64,000 nt of DNA from Clostridiales bacterium (GTDB lineage Bacteria > Bacillota > Clostridia > Oscillospirales > Acutalibacteraceae). The notes under the pieces were generated by a model, which did no database searches, was not told where the DNA came from, and saw only the letters and a program-made list of their open reading frames with translations. The DNA lies in NCBI GenBank assembly GCA_012524025.1, contig JAAYSC010000028.1:9529-73528 (forward strand), written 5' to 3'. Positions 26,874 to 35,769 of this stretch are shown in pieces. Position 1 is the first letter of the stretch. Every line of letters starts with the position of its first letter. A program made the position numbers and the translations under genes.

Positions 26874-28220
26874 TTATGCCGGCTCTATCCGAACCGATCC
26901 TTCCCCAACTTTTTCCATTCTTCTTTTCAACCGTTTTGCCAAATCCGCCCTTATTTCTTTATGATGGGGTGAGTGGACCAAATTGTTAAGCTCATGGGGA
27001 TCGTTTTTAAGATCATACAGGTGGCTTTCACGGTAGATTTCGCCACCCATATCAAGCCAACCGTCTTTGCCCACGGCTGTTATTGAATATTTCCACTCGG
27101 GTGTCCTCAAGAGTCTGCCAACTTCACTTTCACTGATTTGGGCAAAAATTTCATTTTCATGTTCTTTTCGCCCTTTTTCATTCAACAGTTTCTGCAGGGG
27201 CTTTCCGCTCATCTTTTCTTCCGGTTCTATGCCGGCGCAGGATAAAAAGGTAGGCGGAATATCTATCAAGCTGACCATTTCTTTTATAACTTGCCCGCCC
27301 TCAAAGCCGGGTCCGAAGGCCAACATAGGTATCCTGATACTGGCATCATGGCAGGATCGTTTGTACTCACTGTTCCTGGTTTTAAAGTGTGACCCGTGGT
27401 CGCTGGTGTAAATTACTATGGTGTTCTTATCCATTCCACTCGCTTCAAGCCGGCTCATAATTCTGCCAAAATTATAGTCTAAGCTGTTGCAACAACCCAA
27501 GTAGTCGGGGTAGCTTCTTTTCCAGTCCCCTCTTTTGCCCACCAAGTCACCCGGCACCTCAAAGTCCTTAAACTTTTCTTTTGAACCCTTGGGACCCTCA
27601 TAACGGAAACGGTCATTTTGGTGATGGGGCTCAATATAGGACAAAAACAAGAAAAATGGTTTTGTCTTATCCGTTTTCTTTATAAAGTCCAAAGCCAAGT
27701 CGGTCATGCCATCTGCCCTGTAGCCCTTTAAGGGAACTTTCTGCATGTCACCGTCAAACATATGGCCCTTATAGCTGCGAGATGTAAATTCCAAAACATC
27801 GGAAGCCAGCCAATAGTCCTTATAACCCCCACGCAGCCTTTCGGGTATGGGCTTTGTCGAATAGTTGAAGCGCCCTCCGATTTTTTCCCTTGAGCGCCCC
27901 ACATTTGATGCCAAATGCCATTTGCCTATATAGGCTGTTTGGTAGCCCTTGGCGTTGAAGCTTTTGGCTATGGTCTTCGCGTCGGTTTTAAGGGCTATAC
28001 CGTTTCGATAGCAACCGTTTTGTGTTGCATAAAGCCCTGTTTGCAAGCAAGCCCTTGCCGGCCCGCAAACCGGTTGGCAGGTAAAGGCGTTTTCAAAACG
28101 CGTGCCTTGCTTGGCATAACGGTCCAAGTTGGGTGTTACCGGGAGTTTTTGCCCGTAACAGCCCAAGGTGTCCCACCTTTGTTGGTCGCTAAAGAAAAAG
28201 ATTATATTTGGCTTTGACAT
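26874..28220 (-). CDS. Cys-type sulfatase (formylglycine-dependent), no signal peptide
   Basis: MSKPNIIFFFSDQQRWDTLG... and the signature CGPARACLQTG (C-x-P-x-R) are present. No N-terminal hydrophobic or signal sequence. Confidence 0.85.
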   Translation of the reverse strand: MSKPNIIFFFSDQQRWDTLGCYGQKLPVTPNLDRYAKQGTRFENAFTCQPVCGPARACLQTGLYATQNGCYRNGIALKTDAKTIAKSFNAKGYQTAYIGKWHLASNVGRSREKIGGRFNYSTKPIPERLRGGYKDYWLASDVLEFTSRSYKGHMFDGDMQKVPLKGYRADGMTDLALDFIKKTDKTKPFFLFLSYIEPHHQNDRFRYEGPKGSKEKFKDFEVPGDLVGKRGDWKRSYPDYLGCCNSLDYNFGRIMSRLEASGMDKNTIVIYTSDHGSHFKTRNSEYKRSCHDASIRIPMLAFGPGFEGGQVIKEMVSLIDIPPTFLSCAGIEPEEKMSGKPLQKLLNEKGRKEHENEIFAQISESEVGRLLRTPEWKYSITAVGKDGWLDMGGEIYRESHLYDLKNDPHELNNLVHSPHHKEIRADLAKRLKRRMEKVGEGSVRIEPA

Positions 28221-28240
28221 TTATCCCACCTCATTTCGCT

Positions 28241-29470
28241 TCAGATTAGGTTTGCCGGAAGAATCCAAACATTATCCATTAGGGGTAGGCGCTCTTTAGC
28301 CATACAGAGCAAAGCACCCGTTCCCGTTTTTTTACCATGTATATTTTCTAAAAGTCTGAAAGCATTGACCATAGATTTTTTAGGATTTCCCGTAGTTTTG
28401 ATTTCAACTGGATAGAGTGTATCCCCAAGCTCAACCAATAGATCGATTTCATTATTATCATGATCACGATAATAATATAGGGGCGGCCTTACAATTCCGT
28501 CATTATAATAGCTTTTCAAGATCTCCGCAAAAACAAAGCTTTCAAATATGTGACCCCACATGGCGCCGTTTACGAGTTGTTCCGGCGTCAACCAACCTAA
28601 AAGCCAACAAGCAAGGCCGGTGTCTAAAAAATATAACTTAGGCGTTTTAATCAATCTTTTCTTAAAATTATTGTGATAGGGTTCCAAGAGGTAAATTAAA
28701 CCGCTTGATTCAAGAACAGATAGCCATGATTGAACAGTCTTTATATCCTTACCGCATGTATCGGCCAGAGTCTTCAGATTCAACATTTCGCCGCTAAGGG
28801 AAGCGGTGGCTTTTACAAATTTAATAAAAGCCGATTCGTCACGAATATTTAAAACATCCTTTATATCTTTTTCTATATAAGTCTGAAAGTAGGAGCTGTA
28901 AAAATCCGCCCAATCATGCAAAGTGCTTTGTGTTTCATAAAGTTCCGGAAAAAACCCCTTGTGAATTGATCTTACCAATTCATCATAATCGTACACGGCA
29001 CCGGAAGCTTCCATTTTTTCCATGTGTTTTGTGGTTGGAATAAACGGTTCACGGTAAGTGTTATGGCTTATTTCCCGCATTGATAGCCCCAAAAGTTGAA
29101 TTATGCCGGCACGGCCTGCCAAACTTTCACTTACATTTTTCATCAAATTGAGACTTTGGGATCCGGTTAGATAAAACTGCCCCTTGCTTTTTTCTTCGTC
29201 CACAATATCCTTGATGTAATCAAAAAGCTCGGCAGCTTTTTGAATTTCATCCACTATAAGGGGTGGTTTATTCATTTCAAAAAATATTGAAGGATTTTCC
29301 TTTGCACTTTCTCTGACAAGAGGGCTGTTTAAAGTTATATAATTTATATTTTTATATACTTCTTTGAGCATGGTTGATTTTCCGACTTGACGAGCACCGG
29401 TTAAGACAAGCACCGGTTTGCGCTTAGCTATCCGCTCCACAACCGGCTCTATGTGCCTATGATAATACAT
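28241..29470 (-). CDS. AAA-family ATPase with C-terminal DUF4143-type domain
   Basis: Walker A LTGARQVGKSTML. Length and C-terminal region are typical of the AAA_14/DUF4143 (COG1373-like) family. The start was set at the ATG at 29470 (SD GGCGGGG 6 nt upstream) rather than the GTG at 29476. Confidence 0.75.
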   Translation of the reverse strand: MYYHRHIEPVVERIAKRKPVLVLTGARQVGKSTMLKEVYKNINYITLNSPLVRESAKENPSIFFEMNKPPLIVDEIQKAAELFDYIKDIVDEEKSKGQFYLTGSQSLNLMKNVSESLAGRAGIIQLLGLSMREISHNTYREPFIPTTKHMEKMEASGAVYDYDELVRSIHKGFFPELYETQSTLHDWADFYSSYFQTYIEKDIKDVLNIRDESAFIKFVKATASLSGEMLNLKTLADTCGKDIKTVQSWLSVLESSGLIYLLEPYHNNFKKRLIKTPKLYFLDTGLACWLLGWLTPEQLVNGAMWGHIFESFVFAEILKSYYNDGIVRPPLYYYRDHDNNEIDLLVELGDTLYPVEIKTTGNPKKSMVNAFRLLENIHGKKTGTGALLCMAKERLPLMDNVWILPANLI

Positions 29471-29489
29471 TTTCACCCCGCCTTTCGTA

Positions 29490-29536
29490 AATTATGGAGT
29501 TGAACTCCATAATACCCGAGCTTTCTTTTTTTGTCA
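29490..29536 (-). promoter_or_regulatory. Consensus sigma-A promoter overlapped by a perfect 11-bp-arm palindrome (candidate operator)
   Basis: Minus strand TTGACA (29531-29536), a 17-nt spacer, then TATTAT (29508-29513). The palindrome ATTATGGAGTTgAACTCCATAAT at 29490-29512 spans the -10 element and the predicted transcription start. Confidence 0.7.
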
Positions 29537-29565
29537 AACGCGCAAAAGAGAATCTTAAAGAGCTT

Positions 29566-29600
29566 TAAAAAAGGCGCCCTTGAAAATTCCAAGAGCACCT
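29566..29600 (-). terminator. Terminator after the GGGtGRT gene
   Basis: Minus strand AAGGTGCTCTTGGaattttCAAGGGCGCCTTtttttt: an imperfect 12-bp stem plus a U6 run, 15 nt after the stop. Confidence 0.6.
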
Positions 29601-29614
29601 TGCTTTATGATTTA

Positions 29615-30622
29615 TTATTTGCTCGCCTGTTCAATCGCCACCGCGCAAGCAACCGTAGCACCCACCATGGGGTTGTTACCCATTCCGATGAGACCCATCA
29701 TTTCAACATGGGCCGGCACCGAGGATGAACCTGCAAACTGTGCATCAGAGTGCATTCTGCCCATGGAATCGGTCAAGCCGTAAGAAGCCGGGCCTGCCGC
29801 CATATTGTCGGGATGAAGAGTTCTGCCCGTACCGCCGCCCGAAGCAACCGAGAAATAGGCCTTGTCGTGTTCCGTAGCCCATTTTTTATAAGTACCGGCG
29901 ACAAGATGTTGGAAACGGGTTGGGTTTGTGGAGTTGCCCGTAATGGAAACATCAACACCCTCATGCTGCATTATTGCCACCCCTTCCGACACATCGTCCG
30001 CCCCGAAGCAGCGAACAGCGGCACGCTCACCTTCGGAATAAGGGGTTGTCTCAACAACTTCCAGCTGGCCTGTATGGAAATCGTATGCGGTTTGAACATG
30101 AGTAAAGCCATTTATGCGGGCAATAATCATAGCCGCATCTTTACCAAGGCCGTTTAACATAACCCTCAAGGGTTCTTTGCGGATTTGGTTGGCCGTTCTG
30201 GCTATACCTATGGCACCTTCTGCAGCTGCAAAAGATTCGTGCCCGGCTAAAAAGCAAAAACACTTTGTTTCTTCGCGCAAGAGCATGGCACCCAAGTTGC
30301 CGTGACCTAAGCCGACATCGCGCTGTTCGGCAACGGAACCCGGAATGCAAAATGCTTGCAAGCCTATCCCGATTGCACTTGCAGCATCCGAAGCGATTTT
30401 TGCGTCTTTTTTCAAAGCAATCGCAGCGCCTAATGTATAGGCCCAAACCGCATTTTCAAAAGCTATGGGTTGCACACCCTTAACTATTTTTTCAACATCT
30501 ATACCCTTGTCAAGGCAAAGTTCCCTCGTTTGGGCAAGATTTTCAAAGCCATAATCGGCGAGGCATTTCTCAATTTTTTCCTTGCGCCTTTCCATGCCTT
30601 CAAATGTAATTTTTTCTGCCAT
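29615..30622 (-). CDS. GGGtGRT protein (uncharacterised conserved family)
   Basis: The family-naming motif is present: ...FSVASGGGTGRTLHPDNM... 335 aa. SD GCAGGAGGA. Confidence 0.8.
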   Translation of the reverse strand: MAEKITFEGMERRKEKIEKCLADYGFENLAQTRELCLDKGIDVEKIVKGVQPIAFENAVWAYTLGAAIALKKDAKIASDAASAIGIGLQAFCIPGSVAEQRDVGLGHGNLGAMLLREETKCFCFLAGHESFAAAEGAIGIARTANQIRKEPLRVMLNGLGKDAAMIIARINGFTHVQTAYDFHTGQLEVVETTPYSEGERAAVRCFGADDVSEGVAIMQHEGVDVSITGNSTNPTRFQHLVAGTYKKWATEHDKAYFSVASGGGTGRTLHPDNMAAGPASYGLTDSMGRMHSDAQFAGSSSVPAHVEMMGLIGMGNNPMVGATVACAVAIEQASK

Positions 30623-30640
30623 CTGTTTTATCCTCCTGCC

Positions 30641-31333
30641 CTATTCTTCACGCGGATCAATATATTTGACCGCATCATCAAAGCGACCGTAACTGCCTGT
30701 GTTTTGTTCGAGAGCGTCTTGGGCCGCACTGCCCCGACGGATGTCTTCCATCATTCTGCCAAGGTTTACAAACTCGTAACCTATAACTTGGTCATTTGCA
30801 TCCAAAGCCATGCGGGTAACATAGCCTTCGGCCATTTCCATATAGCGTGCGCCTTTAAGGTTGGTGCTGTACATGGTCCCTATCTGGCTGCGCAAGCCCT
30901 TGCCCAAGTCTTCCAGCCCCGCCCCTATGGACAAACCGTCTTCCGAAAAAGCCGATTGTGTGCGACCATAAACAAATTGCAAGAAAATCTCACGCATGGC
31001 AACATTTATAGCATCGCAAACAAGGTCTGTGTTAAGGCATTCAAGCAGGGTTTTGCCCGGTAAGATTTCGGATGCCATAGCAGCCGAGTGAGTCATGCCG
31101 GTGCAGCCCAAGGTTTCAACCAAGGCCTCTTCAACAATACCTTCTTTGACATTGAGCGTCAGTTTGCAAGCACCTTGTTGTGGGGCACACCAGCCCACGC
31201 CGTGCGACAGGCCTGAAATGTCACCGATTTGATAGGCCTTGACCCACTTGCCTTCTTCCGGTATGGGTGAGGGGCCGTTGTGCGGACCTTTTGCGACAAG
31301 GCACATTTTTTCCACTTCTTGGGTATAGTTCAT
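30641..31333 (-). CDS. NifU/IscU-N-like iron-sulfur scaffold-domain protein
   Basis: Cys pattern ...GWCAPQQGACKLTL...ETLGCTGMTHSAAMASE...DLVCDAI... resembles the IscU/NifU N-terminal domain. It is followed by a roughly 100-aa extension. SD AAAGGAG. Confidence 0.55.
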   Translation of the reverse strand: MNYTQEVEKMCLVAKGPHNGPSPIPEEGKWVKAYQIGDISGLSHGVGWCAPQQGACKLTLNVKEGIVEEALVETLGCTGMTHSAAMASEILPGKTLLECLNTDLVCDAINVAMREIFLQFVYGRTQSAFSEDGLSIGAGLEDLGKGLRSQIGTMYSTNLKGARYMEMAEGYVTRMALDANDQVIGYEFVNLGRMMEDIRRGSAAQDALEQNTGSYGRFDDAVKYIDPREE

Positions 31334-31385
31334 TTATTTTCTCCTTTCGGTTTGCACAGGGTGGTAAGATTTACACCCCATTCTA

Positions 31386-31414
31386 TAAAAATGCCGCTTG
31401 AGCGGCATTTTTTA
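31386..31414 (-). terminator. Intrinsic terminator after glnA
   Basis: aaaaATGCCGCTtgAGCGGCATttttt, 22 nt downstream of the glnA stop. Confidence 0.8.
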
Positions 31415-31436
31415 CTTATATAATACGCCCTTTACT

Positions 31437-32774
31437 TTAGCATTTTAAAAGGTAATTATCAATTTCCCAACTTGAGATACCGGAGCGATAGGCGTTGATT
31501 TCCCTTTTCTTTGAATACATGTACTGATTAAAGACATGTTCGCCCAGGCATTGCTTCAAGAAGCGACTGTTTTCATAAAGCTCAATCGCATCCCCCATGG
31601 TGGTGGGCAAGGTTTCAATGTCCACCCTGTCACTTTGCCTGCGCCCCATCTTAAAGACATTAACATTTGTGACTTGGGGCGGCTCAAGCTCGTTTTCAAT
31701 TCCGTCCAAGCCGGCCAAAAGGCAGACTGCCAAACCCAGGTAGGGGTTACAAGCACCGTCGGGGCTGCGCAATTCCACCCGGGTGTCGTCAGGCCCGCGT
31801 GAGGCCGGAATGCGCACCAGGGCGCTGCGGTTTTTACCCGACCAGGCTATATGCACCGGGGCTTCAAAGCCGGGCACCAAGCGCCTGTATGAGTTTACCA
31901 AGGGGTTTAATACCAGGGTCATATCCTTGGCATGTTTCATAAGGCCGGCAATAAAACGATAGGCTGTTTGGCTCAAAAATTCCTTGTCGGACTCGTCGGA
32001 AAAAATATTTTTTATGCCCCTGAATAAGGACATGTTTATGTGTAAGCCCGAACCGTTAATTCCGTAAACGGGTTTAGGCATAAAAGTTGCTACAAGCCCG
32101 TGCTGTTGAGCTATGCTTTTGACCACATATTTCAGAGTCAGAAAATTGTCCGCCATTCGCAGGGCATCGTCTGCCACAAGGTTTATTTGATGTTGTGCCG
32201 GTGCGGAGGCATGGTGGGAGGCACTGACTTTTATGTTCATTTCTTCAAGTATGCTGCAAATTTCACGGCGGCACTCTTCACCCCTGTCAACGGGCCCCAT
32301 ATCAAAATATCCGCCCGTGTCCCCGGTAACGGTGGAAGGTTGCCCGTCACCGTTTTCATCAAACAAGAAAAACTCACATTCCAAACAAACCTTGAAGTCA
32401 TAACCCATGTTTTCGGCCTTGCGCAGAGCTCTTTTCAAGATATAGCGCGGGTCACCTATGAAAGCCATTTCGTCCGTATCATAAACATCGCATAAGACCC
32501 TTGCCACCTTGCCCTCGCCCAGGGGTGAATACCAAGGAAAAACCGCAAAGGAATCATAGTCGGGGCTCAAGAACATATCGGATTCTTCAACCCTGGTAAA
32601 GCCTTCAACCGTTGAGCCGTCAAAGGCCGTTTGCTCCAAGGCCATTTCAAAGCGGCTGCGGGGCACTTCAAAGCTTTTCAAGTTGCCCCGTACATCCGAA
32701 AACTGAAGCCTTAAGAACTGAATGTTTTGTTCATCCGCAATTCTTAAAATATCCTCTTTACCTAATTTGGACAA
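31437..32774 (-). CDS. glnA: Glutamine synthetase, type I
   Basis: 445 aa. ...IQFLRLQFSDVRGNLKSFEVP... N-terminal beta-grasp, and ...GSGLHINMSLF... and ...NRSALVRIP... motifs. TTG start with SD GGGGGG. Confidence 0.93.
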   Translation of the reverse strand: MSKLGKEDILRIADEQNIQFLRLQFSDVRGNLKSFEVPRSRFEMALEQTAFDGSTVEGFTRVEESDMFLSPDYDSFAVFPWYSPLGEGKVARVLCDVYDTDEMAFIGDPRYILKRALRKAENMGYDFKVCLECEFFLFDENGDGQPSTVTGDTGGYFDMGPVDRGEECRREICSILEEMNIKVSASHHASAPAQHQINLVADDALRMADNFLTLKYVVKSIAQQHGLVATFMPKPVYGINGSGLHINMSLFRGIKNIFSDESDKEFLSQTAYRFIAGLMKHAKDMTLVLNPLVNSYRRLVPGFEAPVHIAWSGKNRSALVRIPASRGPDDTRVELRSPDGACNPYLGLAVCLLAGLDGIENELEPPQVTNVNVFKMGRRQSDRVDIETLPTTMGDAIELYENSRFLKQCLGEHVFNQYMYSKKREINAYRSGISSWEIDNYLLKC

Positions 32775-32825
32775 TTAAAGCCCCCCCTTACAAGGTCAAA
32801 AGACAAGCTGACATTTTACGCTTAA

Positions 32826-32853
32826 AGTATAGCACAGCGACCTCTTATGTCAA
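32826..32853 (-). promoter_or_regulatory. Sigma-A promoter of glnA
   Basis: Minus strand TTGACA (32848-32853), a 16-nt spacer, then an extended -10 TGcTATACT (32826-32834). An inverted repeat GACCCTCTT...AAGAGGTC overlaps the -35. Confidence 0.7.
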
Positions 32854-32903
32854 CCGAACAAGAGGGTCGGTGTTTTCATCAAGCCTCCGGTGTTTCCGCA
32901 AGC

Positions 32904-33494
32904 TTAGGTATTTTTCAATTCGTCGAGCGTGAGAGAAAAACTGGGCAAGAATTCTTCTATAAAGCATTCCGCTTCCGGCAAATTCATATTTTTTATGGTT
33001 TCTCTTATAGACAAAGCAGCTACATCAAATTCCGTATTGCCTGCTTTTTTTTCATCAATACATTTGGCCAGAGCCGAAATTTTGTCTGCCGCCTTAACAA
33101 AACGCCAAAGCAGGGTATCCTCATCTTTGTGCTTGAAAATCGCCTCATAGTCGGGTCTCAAATCTTCGGGCAACATTTCTAAAAGGGTTTGGCCGGCGCT
33201 TTCTTCAACCGCCTGATAAGCATCGCGCAAGCGACTGTTGTGGTATTTGACCGGTGTGGGCAGGTCACCCGTTAAACTTTCGGGCAAGTCATGGTAGAGG
33301 CCAAGCAAGGCCGCCCTTTCCACATTGACATTGCCGCCATACCTGCGGTTGTGTAAAACTGCCAAGGCGTGAGAAATTGCAGCCGTTTCCAAACTGTGTT
33401 CGCTTAAGTTTTCCCTATGTGCGTTTCTCATGAGCGACCAGCGGTTAATATATTTCATGCGCGACATCATGGCAAAAAAATGGTGGTTTTTCAT
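32904..33494 (-). CDS. HD-domain 5'-deoxynucleotidase (YfbR-like)
   Basis: ...RWSLMRNAHRENLSEHSLETAAISHALA...LYHDLPESLTGDLPTPVK... Confidence 0.8.
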   Translation of the reverse strand: MKNHHFFAMMSRMKYINRWSLMRNAHRENLSEHSLETAAISHALAVLHNRRYGGNVNVERAALLGLYHDLPESLTGDLPTPVKYHNSRLRDAYQAVEESAGQTLLEMLPEDLRPDYEAIFKHKDEDTLLWRFVKAADKISALAKCIDEKKAGNTEFDVAALSIRETIKNMNLPEAECFIEEFLPSFSLTLDELKNT

Positions 33495-33530
33495 TTTCTC
33501 TTCCTTCTTTTTTTATATCAAACCATAAGC

Positions 33531-34268
33531 TCAATCTTCTTCGTGTGTATCCAATACTTCTTCAAGCTCAATCAAGGCAGACTTAATTTTTTCCAGTTTT
33601 TTAAGATTTTGCGCAGCTAACCTAACCTTTAAAACGAGCATTTCTTTTTTCTTGTGAATCACACTCTCATCGCTTTCTTGGACCACAATTTGAATAGACT
33701 TTACCGCACCCATATTTTCTCTTGCCAGGTTTGTAATGCTCCTTGTGGCTGCCGCATAATCGGTGACCGACACGCTCACAACGGCCTCCCTACTGCCTTT
33801 GAAGGCAGCACTTCTGAGTATATGCAATGTAACAATCAAAAATACCGTGGCTATGGCCGCCCCTTCATAATATCCTATCCCGGTAGCCAGGCCTATACAA
33901 GAAACCGTCCATAAGCTGGCGGCCGTGGTCAAACCTTTTACGCTGAAGCCTTCACGCAATATGGTGCCGGCCCCCAAGAATCCGATACCGCTGATAACTT
34001 GAGCACCCAGCCTTGCAGGGTCAATATTCGTTTTACCGTGAAACTCATTAAACATAAAGCTTGATGTCAACATAATCAGAGCAGAGCCCACCGCTACTAA
34101 AATATGGGTTCTAAAGCCGGCCGGACGGTGTGAATGTTCGCGCTCAAAGCCTACTATTCCGCCGAAAAGCCCTGCCAGAGCCAACCTGAACAAAGCTTCC
34201 ATCGAAAAAAGCAATCTTTCACTTAAGGGTAAACTCATTATAAAAGCAGCTATTCTCACTTGACACAC
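33531..34268 (-). CDS. MgtC/SapB family membrane protein
   Basis: ...LALAGLFGGIVGFEREHSHRPAGFRTHILVAVGSALIM... plus a soluble ACT-like C-terminus. The start is uncertain: GTG 34268, GTG 34259 or ATG 34238. Confidence 0.8.
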   Translation of the reverse strand: MCQVRIAAFIMSLPLSERLLFSMEALFRLALAGLFGGIVGFEREHSHRPAGFRTHILVAVGSALIMLTSSFMFNEFHGKTNIDPARLGAQVISGIGFLGAGTILREGFSVKGLTTAASLWTVSCIGLATGIGYYEGAAIATVFLIVTLHILRSAAFKGSREAVVSVSVTDYAAATRSITNLARENMGAVKSIQIVVQESDESVIHKKKEMLVLKVRLAAQNLKKLEKIKSALIELEEVLDTHEED

Positions 34269-34280
34269 TCCTCCGATTTA

Positions 34281-34943
34281 TTAAACAAGCTTTTTCTTAT
34301 ACATTATGTGGGCACCCAAAAGAGAAAATATTACCGTAATCGGAATCAAAGTCCCGACCGGCAATTTGGGTGCAAAAATTAAAACTACAATGCCGACCGC
34401 TATGGGGAGTATAGATATCTTGAAATATTTACCAAAATATCCCGCTGCCAAGGCGCCGAAAAGAGCAGGCAAGATTTGTTTGAAGGCCGGAGCGAAAAAG
34501 GATTCTTCCGCCGTCAGATAGGGCAGCAAGGGTGAAAAAACCACAACACCCAGCGCAATCACAAGCGTGGTTGTAATAGCCGAAGCGGCTATGGCTATTG
34601 TGGATATAACCTCGCCTTCCTCAGAGTTAGCCCTGACTCCTGCATTTTCCATAGCGTTTAAACCGCAAGGTAACTTCAAGTTACTGATATTACCGGTCAC
34701 AAAGCTCAAGTAGGTCCCGCCCGCCCCCAGCAAGGGTGCATAGGTTATTACCTCAATTATGGCAACCGTCCAAAACAAGGGTACAATCTTCAAAAGACCC
34801 TTAAAGACCCCGGCAGCCGAAGGCCATATATCAAAATAAAGGCAGATAGCAATGGGAACGGACAGCATCATTGCAAGTGCCGATATGGAAGAAATCTTCC
34901 CCCATCTGTGCACCTTGTCATAATATGTTCTTTCATTTTTCAT
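34281..34943 (-). CDS. Hypothetical polytopic membrane protein (220 aa)
   Basis: About 6 hydrophobic segments. No recognisable motif. Tightly packed with the upstream membrane-protein gene. Confidence 0.6.
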   Translation of the reverse strand: MKNERTYYDKVHRWGKISSISALAMMLSVPIAICLYFDIWPSAAGVFKGLLKIVPLFWTVAIIEVITYAPLLGAGGTYLSFVTGNISNLKLPCGLNAMENAGVRANSEEGEVISTIAIAASAITTTLVIALGVVVFSPLLPYLTAEESFFAPAFKQILPALFGALAAGYFGKYFKISILPIAVGIVVLIFAPKLPVGTLIPITVIFSLLGAHIMYKKKLV

Positions 34944-34970
34944 AAGAAAAACCCCCGATTTTTAAACGGT

Positions 34971-35747
34971 TTAACCGCGCCATTCTATGGTCACGAAACT
35001 TTCGGGTAAGGTTTGTGAAGCCAAGGCGGCCAGCAGCATTGCCAAAAGCATGCTCAAGGGCATGGCAAAAGGTTCCAGCCATTTTAAGTCAAACTTGCGG
35101 CAAATCAGTTCAAAGCTCAACATAAAGGCAATAGAGCTCAAAAGCGCTATTATGGAAAGAACCCCCGCACCGTCACCGACTATATTCTCATCGCCGGCCC
35201 CTGCGACGGCCCTGGCAATAAAGGCTGCTATAAGCCCTATAAAGGCCGCTGCCGACATGAGGTCTGACCATTTTGCATTTGAGTTGAGGGCTTTACCGAT
35301 TTTTGCCTGAATCTTTTTCAAGAACAAGGGCATCAAAATCAGGGGTAAAACACTGCCTATAGTCATAACCCAAACCGCGGCGGCAAAGACTTCCTTGTCT
35401 GTAATTTCAACTGCCAGGCCACCGGGCACCCCAAAAGCTTCCAAGATGCTTTGGGCTGCGGTAACTTCATAGCTTATGTTGCCTATGACCGTCAGCCTTA
35501 TCCAGGGCACAACCAAGCCCAGGGCGCCGGCCAAGGTTATGACGGTTGCCAAAATAGCCAAAGCAGGCGCTAATGTAAAAAGGACACTTGAAGCCAATGT
35601 GCCCTTTAATTTCTGTTTTGGTAAGCCGAGCTTTAGGCCCTGTTTCCATGCTCTGATCAAGAAAAAGAAAGACTGACCGGTTACAAATAAAACTACCAGC
35701 CCACCCAAGAGATACATAAAACCGCTTTCTTTAAAATCCATATTCAC
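34971..35747 (-). CDS. Hypothetical polytopic membrane protein (258 aa)
   Basis: About 7 hydrophobic segments. No motif recognised. Confidence 0.6.
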   Translation of the reverse strand: MNMDFKESGFMYLLGGLVVLFVTGQSFFFLIRAWKQGLKLGLPKQKLKGTLASSVLFTLAPALAILATVITLAGALGLVVPWIRLTVIGNISYEVTAAQSILEAFGVPGGLAVEITDKEVFAAAVWVMTIGSVLPLILMPLFLKKIQAKIGKALNSNAKWSDLMSAAAFIGLIAAFIARAVAGAGDENIVGDGAGVLSIIALLSSIAFMLSFELICRKFDLKWLEPFAMPLSMLLAMLLAALASQTLPESFVTIEWRG

Positions 35748-35769
35748 GCTCCCTTATTGCACCACTTGG

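Noticed and set aside
30470-31063. 197-aa plus-strand ORF spanning the GGGtGRT / NifU-like junction
   Set aside because: It lies antisense to two well-supported genes and crosses their intergenic SD. Its composition is not protein-like.
34269-34280. Looked for an M-box (Mg riboswitch) ahead of the MgtC gene
   Set aside because: Only 12 nt separate MgtC from the upstream gene, so there is no room for a riboswitch. MgtC appears to be co-transcribed.
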